A stretch of DNA of 64,000 bases from Auanema rhodensis (lineage: Eukaryota > Animalia > Nematoda), in assembly GCA_964057225.1 (NCBI GenBank), contig OZ059896.1, forward strand, positions 10,540,001 through 10,604,000, given 5' to 3'. This document shows, one piece after another, positions 13,014 through 26,471 of this stretch. How positions within the stretch are numbered: the first letter of the stretch is position 1; the number at the start of each line of letters is the position of its first letter. A program made the position numbers and the translations under genes. The notes beneath the pieces are model-generated. The model made no database searches and was not told the origin of the DNA. It saw only the letters and a program-made list of their open reading frames with translations.

Positions 13014-14127
13014 ATGTTCAGTTCAGCCGAGGATAGTACAATGTCGGATGAGAAAAATTCACTAACAACAACTGTCTATAGTTCTCAACATGTAAGTTTT
13101 TTGTTGCGAATAAAGTATAAAACCTTCTTGTTATTTCATATTTAAAGATAAATATAATAGCTGATCATGCCAAATTTGGCGAGAATTGCTTTATTCATAG
13201 TTTAAAAATTGAATAATATCCATTATGTCTTGAAATTATTTAAAAAATCTTATCTTCAACATTAATTTTTATTCCCCATATTAAATGTTTTTTTAAATAT
13301 TTTAAAAATTATAATATTTAACTTTAAACTTTAAAAAAAAATGTTTGTTTCTTGCAAACTAATATTAGCTGAATTTTGGCCAACTTCTAAAGATTATTTT
13401 GAGAATTTATTGTAAAATGTTATATTCTAGTCTCGACAATCAAGGGAAAACAGTTATCAGAGTGATACAACTATAGGAAATGAAGTAGGAATTTCAATTG
13501 AAGAAACTAATCATTCATCGGTATTTTATTATTTTTTCTTTTCTTTTTATAATTTATATAATTAGATTGATGTCAATATACTAACACCACCACCATCTCG
13601 AAGAAGTGGCGAAGTAAGACTAAGATATTGAATTTTTAAATTTTCAAAAGAAAATTTAGATTGCTTACAATTTACGTGCAAATCCAACAAAACCAAATAA
13701 GTATCAAGGTGAAACAATCAAGAGGAATCACAGCTTGAAGCAGAAACAGATTAAACCAATTCTGAGGAAGAATCCACCAAGAAGGAATTCCCAACATAAT
13801 ATTCTCAGAGTTAAGACTAACTTATTGAATTTCTTTAATATTATCATTCTTAGAAACCTTTTGAAGAACTTATAAAAGAAATTTTGCACAAAGAATCAAA
13901 TTCAAAGCTCAGAATCAGTGCTGAAGCAGTGGATGCCCTTCATGAAGTTTGATGCTTATTATAGTTAAAGTTTAAACTTAAATTTTCAGACAGCAGAGGA
14001 ATTGCTGATAAATATGTTCGAATCACTAGGTCGATTGGCAGCCGTTGAGGGGCAGTCAACAGTTACATTGAAAACGTATCGCTTATATGTTGCTGCTCGC
14101 TCAGATTTAAAACCAATGACTTTGTAA
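13014..14127 (+). CDS. Divergent histone H3/CenH3-like histone-fold protein, ~198 aa, 6 exons (13014-13091, 13431-13520, 13566-13613, 13660-13809, 13854-13946, 13990-14127)
   Basis: All five introns are GT-AG and phase 0. The C-terminus ILRKPFEELIKEILHKESNSKLRISAEAVDALHETAEELLINMFESLGRLAAVEGQSTVTLKTYRLYVAARS aligns to the H3 fold ([44 protein letters not shown]...) with one loop-1 insertion. There is a long Ser/Thr-rich then basic N-terminal tail. Confidence 0.8.
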
Positions 14128-14414
14128 TATATATTTTATAACTTCTGTATGATATACTTTTTTTTTTTTACTTGCCTATACGAATATAATGATTTATAAC
14201 CTTCTATAATATTGAAAGTTTTTTTTTTAATTTTATAATTACTAAAATGTTAGCTCTGTATATATATTAATGTTTTTTTTTGTTACAACAAACGAATTGC
14301 ATTCAATTCAATACTTTTCTGAAACTCTTCCTGTTTTACATTATACAATGATAGAGAAAAGAAGCACAGCCATATGTTTTGCTGACATAGCAGATAACAC
14401 ATTTGAGATATGTA

Positions 14415-14486
14415 GCGTTCGTGGTGTAATGGTCAGCATGGATGCCTTCCAAGCATTCGACGGGGGTTCGATTCCCCCCGAACGCA
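14415..14486 (+). tRNA. tRNA-Gly(TCC)
   Basis: GCGTTCG/CGAACGC acceptor stem, A box TGGTGTAATGG, anticodon loop CTTCCAA, B box GGTTCGATTCC, 72 nt, followed by T-rich sequence. Confidence 0.97.
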
Positions 14487-15184
14487 GATTGTTTTGCATT
14501 TTGATGTTTATTTCTCTTGTCCCTCTTCAAATTCAGAAAGTTTAGTTTGATTTATATTTTGATAAATTTTGTTTTCGACAATTTATAACTAAATAAAAAT
14601 ACAAAGTTTTCTAATTCGTGGTTTATTATGTGGTCGTACAGCTGGTGCTTTAGTGAGATAGTATTTCTATTTCATGAAGGATAGCATCCTTCCGTTTCAT
14701 ACAGACCCTTGGGAACATTGTTCTCAGTTTCCATCTAGTCATTTTGATGAATAGTTGTCTTATAGCTAGTAGTAACAAAGGAATTTCACTTGTTAATCCT
14801 CCTAGTTTTCTTAGAAATGAATTTTCCTGTTACAGATATAAAGAAACTATGACTAAATACATATCTTGTACAAGCAACAGCCCAAGTACTATAAACATAA
14901 ACAATATGCAGAATACAAATTAAGTAAACACATCAAGAAGTAATATTAAACATAATCATCGACAATGCCTATGTATATTTTTAGTCTTATGAATATAAAA
15001 AACCACTTTTGACCATTGACAAGAGTCTTTATGGTCTAAATATATAATATAAATTAAATTGTGCGAGCTGGAAGCATTATTTATACAAATAAAAAAGGCA
15101 TGGCGTGACTTGTTCAAGCTGTAAACTTAAGAAACTCAATAATCTATCTAAGATTATTTGAATTTAAAAGTGCGACTATTTGTC

Positions 15185-18053
15185 TCAGACTTTTGTGATA
15201 CGACGTGGACCTGATCCACGAGGAGGGGCAGGACGTGCAAAAGCTTTTGGAGCTTCGGCTACTGGAGGATGTAGCATGTCCAAAAGAGCTGCTTCGCTTA
15301 GATCATCTTTAGCATCAACTTCAGTCTTAAATAAACGTAATTATAAAAACAATTGAAATTTTTGTTTAAACTAGACAACTGATAGACTGTCTTAAATCTT
15401 GAATTGAATTTGTTTGAATTGGAAAAGAAAATGAAATGAAAAACAATACCTTTTTGCTGATCGTAACACCTAGATTGTTGGTTACTGTATTCAAAAATGG
15501 TTGTTTGCAACAAGAGTATAGCATACGCTCTTTGATGCTGCTTCCGGATGATGGTAAAGAGTAAATAAATACTGAAAAACAAGAGCAAATTAACAAAAGA
15601 TTATATAAAAACCAAGCTTACAGATGCTACTTTGTGGTCTTCCATCGAATTGATGATCGAAGCGGTAAAAAGTGTACCTAGGTTTCTCTCGTGGAATTCG
15701 CTTCGCTAGCTCGGATACATCCAAATTTTTTTCTGTGCTTTCAAGCTTAATAGCTTCATTCAAAGTATCAACCTAAAATCGTAGAATTTGTCAAATACGG
15801 TATTTATTATAAATATATTGTTTAAAAAGGTAGAAAATATATAAATAACTCACTGAAAATTGAACAAAGTTGAGTTCATTTCTACTCAACTGCTTAACAG
15901 CATCCTCAGCGTTCCTATCTAATGGAAAATTAACTCCTTTCATCTGAGTTGGAGCTGAATGAGCAATTGCTGCTCTTTCCTGAGCAGCGTTATGCAATTC
16001 TGAAAAGATACTTATTAAAAAAAGTATTTACATGTAACCACATACCTCGTTCAACTTCACTCATTGGACCAAGCTCACTCTTAGACTTTAACCATGTTTC
16101 AAAAGAATCCAATGAAAGATCCTGAAATAAAAAGATGAGGCTTAAGGTATCAGAGTCAGAACCTACTTTACGATCAGTAGCATGTTTCTCGTGTTCAATG
16201 TAACATTGGCCAAATTCATTTTTGAAGGTAGCACATGTAGCAGCTAACAGCATCTTTTCTTTTACAGGGGCTCTATCATCCGCAAAACTGAAAAAGAAAA
16301 ACGCATTAGGTAAATATTTTCTATGAATGTACTTACGTGATTAGTATCCATTCGGTGATTGTGTTGAGACGAAACAGAATAAAGCATGGCTCAAAAGCAT
16401 CAATGCATTCAGGAAGAGTAGCTTTCCAATCATCCCTCCAATTTGAAGTTCCCGCATATTCATAATTTGAAGTTAACTCTTCTGAAAATTTCGGTGATCA
16501 ACATTGAGGTCACAGAATGGTTAAAGGTCGCCAACACTAATACAGTCCATTAAAACGATATTAGACAGAATGTTTGGTTGAAAAAGACGTACCATTTTTG
16601 ACTACAACTTTAATGAGGCGAAGCTTAGCCTGTTTTCCTAGATTAAAGGCATTTCTGAGTGCATCGTTGGCTGAAAACAAAATTTTCACATTCGAAAAAA
16701 CATTAAATATTATGATTATGACTACTACTATATAAGAAATTATATATAAACTTGAAAAGTGTATAAGAATTGATGTTCATAATCATCCTATACGCGTGTC
16801 TCATCGTCTCAAAAATAAAATATGTTTTCTATATCTTCACCTATTAATTTATAACTAATTAATATTATATTGAATTAATACAAAAGTTATTAATTGAACT
16901 CTGTTTCTAAATCAATTGTCAATGTTGACGTAACTGACATCTTTCTAATTCTTTCCTTTATCCCCCCCCCCCCTTTGCATAACGTTTTTCACTTCTCCTT
17001 CAACTCTGTTTGGATAGAAAAATGACGGAGCAACGCCCGATTTTCTAGTTCTTCATTCAACATCTCTTGAAATATGAGACTGACTGGATAAATCAACTAA
17101 CATGATAACGAATTCCGGAGATCAATGATAATTTTAAGATATGGGTAGTATAACTATTCCCCAACTGTTAATATACTAATCGCATATCGGTTGAACGTAA
17201 AGGCACGAGCAGAAGCTGCTCTCAACAGCTGTAACATCTGGTGAGAGGTCGTGAAAATCGAGTTAAACTTCGATACAACAACCAATGTCATTTAAGACGA
17301 AAACTATCAGAATGCACCTGAGGTTTTAAAAAAAATTGGATAAAAATAAAATAATTTACTATATGATACAGATAGTCAGTGCAATGCATTGACCATAACA
17401 AATATGGGAATAACTTCTCTTTGAACTTTTAAACGAATTTCAATAGTGTAAATGGCCATTACATTTATAATTACAGCCTGTCATTCAACCTCATCTAAAC
17501 GTCATTCGTTGACGTTTCACTGGGACCTAGGAAAATCGATTCCCATAGCACAACATTGGCATAAAACTTCGTTCTTTACTTTAAGAACTTGTAAATCTAT
17601 CTGAACTTCAAAAAAAAATCTAACAAAAGACTAATATTGTTATGATTAATTATAAATATTGAAAATGCAAGCTAAACCAATATCTAATTGTTGCTGGGTT
17701 CGAGGAAAAATCGATTTTTTGTTCATCAATACTATATCATCGAATATAAATGGAAACAACGCCCTTCATTTTATGAACAGGAAAATGCCACTAAGTAATA
17801 ATCAGAACATTTACTATAACAATCCAGGAAAAAGACAACGCTTTTTCTATGTCCTCAAAAAAAACCGGACAACATCGATTTTTCAGCGCTCCAGTTGGTC
17901 AACTATTTATCCACGCAACTCATAAATAAACGGTTTTAAGCTTCATATATTTAATAAATAAATTGACAATTTTGTATGTAATCATTATAAGTTAAAGAAA
18001 ACTAAAATATAATGTATTGAACACTTACCTCTGATGCCCGTTTGACAGGCCAT
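15185..18053 (-). CDS. twf-2: Twinfilin (two ADF-H domains plus C-terminal tail)
   Basis: Exon 1 MACQTGIR (18053-18029), then ANDALRNAFNLGKQAKLRLIKVVV..., APVKEKMLLAATCATFKNEFG, GVNFPLD, PRYTFYRF, SIKERMLYSCCKQP and the tail KAFARPAPPRGSGPRRITKV*. All are twinfilin hallmarks. Confidence 0.95.
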
Positions 18054-20024
18054 AGTAGAAGAAGAAGACGACCAACCAGCTGCGATAAACCGCTCGCACT
18101 GCTGCTCTCTATCCCTGAATGTTTCTTTGCCCTCTCCGCTCACATAGCACTGTCTCACTGTTCTCTGCTGTTCTCTATTCACCACTGGAGTATTTCTCTT
18201 CACTTCTCTTATATTCTCTCTTTATTTGGTGTATAGTACAATAAGGAGAGACTACCCCCCCCCCCCTCGATCCCTCATTTTCAGCCTTCCTCTTCATCTT
18301 TTCAAGAGAAACATAGATTGACTGACCACTTTCATCTCCCTAATCTTACCTTTACCCTTTTATTTTCAGCCATTTACACTCAATATGACTATGTGTATAA
18401 CTCTTATAAAACATTTTCAATATCTTTATTACCCATATAATACTGATATTTCTATATTAAAATTCTTGAATATCAGTTTAATTTGAAAATCTATAGTTCT
18501 ACAACTGTAATAAACAATTTTCAAACTTAAGTTTCATGTTAAGAATATAAAATAAAAGGTCAAAATTATGATATTGACGTCATGCTTCATATAAAAAAAC
18601 TATTTTGAACCATATGAAGCTGAAAACATTGATAATAGTTGAAATAATGATAAGAAAATAGCCGAGATTCTTATGAAAAAAGGGGGGGGGGGTGAGTCAT
18701 CAAAGATTATTTCGCAGCGGTCATGCTTTTTCAATTCACATGTATAAGATATAAAATAAAAATAATATAGAAATATGAAACATCGGTAACAATCTGTGAT
18801 ATAAGAATATAATTAAGAAGAAAGAAGAATAGAATATACATCTTATAGAGTATAATATCATTGAAAAATCTGGGATTACTACTACTACTACGTAATTTAC
18901 ATTTCAGTTTTAAATGAAAAAAATGGAATATCTTTCTTTTTTTTTTCAATTATTCTCAATATAAAAATATGATAAAAAATATCCAAATTCATAAAAAAAA
19001 GTTTAAATTAAACAAAAACATGTTTAATCTATTTTTCGAAACAGTGAGAAGAAGAACAGAAACGAAAGCTGTCCAATCTGTCACTGTAGAAATATCAAAT
19101 ATTAGATTTCCATCTATATATATATACATATATACATATGAAAAGCCTGTGAGAAAGAAGTTGAACTAATTTCACATTATAAAATTATTTTTAAATAAAA
19201 ATAAAAATAATAATAACTAAATTAATTTAAAATTTTATTCAAAATTAAAATTATATAAAAATAAAAAGAATTATTATTAATAATAATTATATAAATAATA
19301 TAAAATAATAGTTAAAATTATATAAAAATAATTATAAATATTATTATTAAACTAAATCATTTCTTTTAAATAATATATTCAAAAAATTTATTCATTAATT
19401 AATACAATATAGTTAATTTATTAGCAATTAATACAACAATAGCTTTTATATAATTCAAACTGAAAAGAACATTCAGTTGATGATTTTTCTTATTTCTTTT
19501 TTTGGAAACAGCTGAACCAATGATTTACAAACAAGGATATGAGATGAAAAAAAAAGTCTGTCGAATTATCACTTTCATGTTATTTAAAATAAAAGAAAAG
19601 TCTATATATATATAGTTAAGTTATCTATTTTTATATGAATTATATGAAATTATTTTAATTATTATATACTATATTAACTATTAAAACAATTAATTATTGT
19701 AATTATTAGAAAAAAAAAATAATTTAATGTTATAATCATTTGGCATCACTATATGTCTGTAGTTTGTAATAATGCTCTTCTTCTTCTTCTTCTTATACTT
19801 ATTCTTATTCTTCTTCTTTATATTATTTTGAATGTTTTTGTAGAACATCGGATGGGACCTCAAAATTTCCGAAGCGGACACATCTTTATAGACTTCAGTC
19901 CGGATAGGACTAGCATATTTCAGTAAAAGGCTGTTTCCTATATTTTGTCAAATTCTTTTGCATTTTTTGCTCAAATTTAAAAGTTTTAAACGGTCTATAC
20001 TATTTTTTCTTATATAATATACTA

Positions 20025-20057
<33 letters not shown>

Positions 20058-23000
20058 GAATATATATATATATATATAATATAAGATATTTATATATTTA
20101 TAAAAAGAATAATAAATAGTTGATATCTAGGAAGTAATATAATTTTTTTATTATTATAAGAATATAGATATGTATTAGGTTCCATGCCCAGGTTGTTCAT
20201 TTAGCTCATATTTCAGCTAAAAATTTCTTCTTTTTCGATCTATATTTTTCGAGAAGTTATTTTAATTTAAGAATTATTTTACCTTTATTATATTTGAAAT
20301 CAAAGTTTAGGCTTTAAAACAATGTTGAGTCTATTTTTATATATTTGGATTTTTAATATAATACATTATGAGCGAAAATGAATGAAAGAAGTCGCTTAAA
20401 GTATATAGAATAGCTTTTTAGAATTTCTTGAATAGAACGGATGAATTGTTAATAACTTAACATACAAGGACAGTGTTGAGCATTAGTTTATTCAATTTTG
20501 CAAATCTGAAAAAATTTGATAAAAAATTGGAAAAAAGAGTTTCAAATTTTAAAGCTATAAACTCTATTTAATATTCAAATATGTTTTTCCTTCCTTAAAT
20601 TTCGCTTTGTTTCAACAACTTATATATAATGTATACTGAATATCCTGAAACTTAGTTCCTTCTTTTTTGCATTTTCAAACGATTTTTGTTCACATATTAT
20701 ATATGATGTGTTCAGCTTTTTTCATACTTCACTCGAACTTCCAAAATTATTGTTCATTGTTTTCAGTTTCAATTCCAAATATCAGATTATTATCTGAACA
20801 GCTCGCTACTTCCGTAAAACTTTTTTTTCTGCAAAAATATTGAAACGTATACTTCTCTTCCGAACGAATTTCAAGAATTTTTCGGTATTTGTATGAATGT
20901 ATATACATATGTATGTGTGTGTGTGTGTGTGGTAGCTAGTTCAATAATAGAAGCAAAGAAACATAAATGTCGCCAAATCAACCTTCTTCAAGGCGAGAAG
21001 AACTAACTGTGTAGGATAAATTTCGGCACCTATGACTAAGAGAGAAAGATATAGTAAAAGAACGGAAAATAGAGAGAGAGAGAAAGATGAGAGCTGGAAT
21101 AAGTGAGTAAGATGAAGTGAGCAATAGAAGACGGCATGCAAGAGGTGTGAGTTCGCAATAGAATTCTCCAACTCACAGTTTTGATCCTTAAAGCAACTTG
21201 TCGATCAGATTGCTCCCTTTTCCTTTCCGATGATTGTTCTTTGTTATATATTCTGTGTTTAAAGAACGAGGTTATATGAAGAACAAAAATCATTATTCTA
21301 TTCGCTTGTTGTATCAGCCATGTTATTTTAATTTTTATAAAATTAATAAAAAATATTTTATTAATTCATAACAAAAAAAAAAGAAAGAATTAAAATAGAA
21401 TTTCTAATCGAAATAATTTGAAAATACTTAAATTTTGTTCTTAATTAGCAAAATTAAACTTTTTTTTCTTCAAATTTTCTTTAATTATAATAAACCACTT
21501 AGAAAATTTCTTTCTTTATTTCCTAAAATCCGCTCTCAAATTTTCTGTTTGTCTTTTATAAATAGGGGAAAAAAGTGAACATACCGGAACAGGGATTACT
21601 AGAACTGTTGCAATTTTTTTGAATCGATTTGTATTTAGTTTCCTTCAGAACTTGTTTATATAAGCAGACTCCACAAAGATTTTATTTTTTTTATTATGTT
21701 ATGAACTTGGAATAAGCTTCACCTTATTGGGTATACTAGGTAATCTACTTACTTATCCTGTTTATCAGGTTGGTAATTCTTCCGAATATGATGTTGACAC
21801 TGTTATAACGTTCGAATTTTTTTTTCTCAATTCATGAGACGTCACAATGAAATACTCGAGCAACCACAGCTATTTCAGCAATTTTCACAAATTTCTAGAA
21901 AACTTCAAATTTTTTTTCGTGTGAATATACATGATTAATATATTCTTTTTGGTTATTTTCTAAGATTACATTGATATTATGTCTCCTAAATGGTTATTTC
22001 CTCCGAAAAGATGAACTTTTTTCTTTAAATCATTAGTAAAATGCTTGAAAAATATTCTTTTTCTTTACTTTTCTAGTGCTCATAGCTGAATAATCGAAAT
22101 TGCTCTAAAGGTGAAAGTTCGGAAGAGAACAATCTTCAACCTTACCTATTGAATGTGAAATTATAAGAAATATATAGATCTAGCATTACATATGTATATA
22201 ATATTTTCTTTTTTTAAATATTGATTAATATATTTGCATGATCATATTCTAAAATAAAATTTATTTATTTATGTTTTGAATCTAAAAAAATATTATTATG
22301 CGATATATTTTTTCCCAATATAATCCTTCTCTTGTTATCATTTTAGAATATTGTTTTTGAAAAAAAAAAAAAAAAAAAAGAAGATCCAATGAACTTTGGA
22401 AACTTTACAAATGAAATTCTTTTTTTTTCTTGTTGGTACAATAAGAAAAGAAAAGTATTGCCAGTGATGAATTTCTTATCGTTTTGAACAGCATTCTTCC
22501 AATTCTATGTGGAACACAGAGAATATACAGAATAAGTTTTTTTCATTTTTTTGTGAATTGTTGCAGTTTGTTAATTTCAATTTTTAAAATAATTTAAATT
22601 ATACGTTTTATAGATAGACTAATCATTAATTCTTCTTTTTTATATATTATTATTATTAAAATTTCTTTAAAGATTTGAATATTATTAACTATTATATAAC
22701 TATAATCATATATCTTAAGATATACAAATTATAATTGTGATTTTATGAATAAATGTTTTTGAAATATTAAGGATATTCTTACAGCATAACATGTACATAT
22801 GTCTACTTCTTCTTGTCTTTGTTCTATATTCTTCGAAAAAAAAATTTTGAGACTCTTAGAAAAAAAAATCTAACATTTCTAATTCTTTTTTTTTTTTTTT
22901 GAAATACCATTACTACACTTGAAAATCCAATTTACTTTGAGCAAAATTGAATTCATGATTCCACTTTTGAATTTTATATATTAAAGAATTCATTTTCGAG

Positions 23001-26000
23001 CTTTGTCTAAAGAGTTTTGAAAGTTTATTCTTTCATCATATTCTATTTAAAGACATTGAAATATATTATAGTTGGAAAGCTTAAACTAAATATATACCTT
23101 TTCTTCTTATTATATTGAAATTCTTTATTTTAATATTTATTTTTAAAATGAAATTAATATAAAATTAATCTTATTCAATAATTTAATTAGTTTAAAACAA
23201 CTATTTTTATATATTAACTGTATTAACTATAATTAATATTATTTTAATTATATAAAGTTATATAAATTAATAGAAACTTATCTTATTTATTTATAGTTGA
23301 AGTTTATATTCCAGTATATATGTACATACATATTTTGATATATTTTCTTTTTAAATTCTCTTTTTCTATTTATAGAAAACACTTAAACTTTCTATTTTTA
23401 CTCATATTTATGTATATTTGTTAGAAGATTTTCAGACAAAATCATATCGAATTCATATTCAATGGAAATTTCAATATGAACTTAAATTTTTCTAAAATAA
23501 AAGTTTTTTATTCCCAATCTTGTGTAGACCTTTAATATCTATCTATCTATCTATTGAATATATATATATAAATATAGTTGTATAAATTATATAATTAATA
23601 TCAAAATAAAATATAAATAAATTGAAATAAACTAATTTAATTTAAAAAAAAAAAAAAACAACATTCCTATCAATTTTTTAATGACAAACATTATATAAGT
23701 AAAAACAATCTATTACTTTCGATTGATATATCTATAGTTTTATATTTAAATTTGTTTATTTTTATTTTTGAATATAAAGACAATGTTTTAATGTTTTTTG
23801 AATATATTAAATTTATTTTTGTTGTTATTGAATGATTAACAAGTTATTTTGTTATTATTTTAAATTATTTAAATACTAAATCATATATATCTTTACACAT
23901 TTTCTTGCTCTAACATTACATTTCTATCGATGATATTGCATGATTTTAGCTTTTTTTTATTTTTATCATCTCGTTTTAAATGAAAGTTTTAAGCTCCAAG
24001 AAAAGTTCACAGATCAAGTTACTTTGTTAAATTCTTTGATTTTGAAATGCCTTTCATTCATTTATTCTTTATTAAATTCTTTAAAACATTTCTTGCTCAT
24101 TAATAAAAAAAATGATTTGATTTTATTAAGCTGAATCAGCTTAGGCTACAATCTGTTGAACTTTAGGTTGTTTATCCAATAACATTAGCCATTTCCGGAT
24201 TAAGTAATAAGATGATTGATGATGTTTTGTTGAGCTCTGATCTTCAAATTGAAATTTTAAAAAAATCACTAGTTTAACATTCCATATTAGTTTTAAATTA
24301 TATATATTAGAATATATTATACTGTTTATAATGTTGTTAAAATATTTATTTAAAGAAAAGTATCTATGTACTAAAAACAGTAAATGATTTAAGCTATTGT
24401 TTCATTAACATCAAAGTTGGTTTTATCGTAAAATTTATATAAAAACTAATATATTATTTCATTTTGTTTATTATATGAACTATTTACGTAAACTAATGAC
24501 ATCATATAATACTATGTAACAACCTAGTATTGGAGTTCATTTCATGTATATGGATACGGCTTTATGAATTTCAAAACGTTTTTACTTATTCATTACTTAC
24601 TTTGAAATCACATCTGATATGAACACGAAAAGAAGAATATTTTTTTATTTCATTAGATATTCTTAACAACCATCATCTGGATCTCATTCTTCATCTTCTT
24701 CTTTGAACTTTATTTTTCCTCATATTTGGTCATTGGCCAATATCGGAAATTTGAAAATAATGTTGATATGCAGACATCAATTCAATATTATTAAAGATAT
24801 TTATTTAATTTATCTTCTTCTTAGATTTATTTCATATCTAATGTTATATATATTCTGATTTTTTGTGCTAATTGAACGTTTCCATCCTTCACTCCCTCCT
24901 CCCTCCTACAACCCTTTTTACTCCCCCTCCTTCTTTTTTTTCTTTTCACTCTACTATTACTAGTATTTCATATCATTTCATGTATATTTTTTTAAGAATA
25001 AATTTGTTAAAAAATTGAAAAAAAATAAAATTTTTACAATAGCAGGAAAAAAAATACATTTCTGATACAAAAAAAAAAGATTATTATTTAGTAAAATTAT
25101 TTTATTTTAGTATTACTAAAACAATATTTGAAGTTATATATATATTCTTTACTTTATCTTATAACTTTTTCATATATATTTACATATTCTTCAACTTATT
25201 TGAAAGAACGAATGTTTCATATCAAAATATATTTCTTTGTCGTATTTTTCATCATCATCTACTTCATAATATTATATAGTTAATGTTTTTAACTTGATAT
25301 AATTTATATATTTTTTTCTTAAAATTTCATTTATTTCTTAAATATAGTCTTTTTTCCTATATTTCTTTATATAACTATATGTATATAAGTTTATATTATA
25401 TATGCATATATTCATATGTATACCTCTATCTATCTATCTATCTATCTATCTAACTATTCTGATGTTTATACTTGAGAAAATGAATGAATGTACATATATG
25501 TATGTACATCTTACATCATCAAATTTATAGAAAGAACAGTAGAAAAATTAGAAAACGAGATGAAATAAAATCCAATGCCAAAACTAGTCAAACTCAGAAA
25601 AGATATTATATTTGGTGAGAAAAAGCATGTAAGACATCTTCAAATCGGACTAAAATAAAGTCTTTTTGATAAAATACGAGAAAGAGAAAGGGACACAGAG
25701 AAAGAGAGAAAGAATGAAAAAGAGAAAGAGAGAGAGAGAGAGAGCGGTATAGATGAATGAATGACTGCATATGTATTTTAATACTAGAAAAGGGCGACCT
25801 AGCTTTATCTATTTGTGAATAGATAATCTGAGTAACAAAATATTTTCTTTTGAATTATCTTATTCTTAATAAAGATCTAAGTATATAGAAATAGAACTTT
25901 TTGAAGCTTTTTTTTTTGTTTAATTTAGTATAAATGAATTATTATATTTTACTTTTTATTTACTATAGTATATGTATGTAGAAAAGTTCAAAGTTAACAA

Positions 26001-26471
26001 TCTAGTTAAACTTCTCTATATATTAAACTTTTTTTTAGATATAAGATTCATATTAAAAGAATGAAAAGAACATTTTTCAGTTAGCGTCTACTCTTTTTAT
26101 ATTTCTTTTCAGCCTTTTTCTATTCATATAGTTTAAAATAAGATGTATAAACAAAATTTTCAGTAAAATCTTTATCTTTTTCTGAATATACATATACATA
26201 TAGTATATAGTATATATATATTGGAGGAGAAGGACAAGGAGGGGAGGGGAGGGAGGGATATTCTTCTTCTTCAAAATGAAATTTCTATGATTTTGATTAA
26301 AGACAATTTTAAAATTTATTATGTATTCGTTTACATATTGATAGTAATTAATATGTTTATATTTCTTTAATAATATCTAATATAATTTATTTTTTATTAT
26401 TATTATTAACTATTATATTTATTTGTTTTTTATATTATATACATATTTAGTAAGAATTATCAATTATAGAT

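Noticed and set aside
14270-14545. 91-aa (+) and 64-aa (-) ORFs
   Set aside because: They are open only because they cross the GC-rich tRNA-Gly gene.
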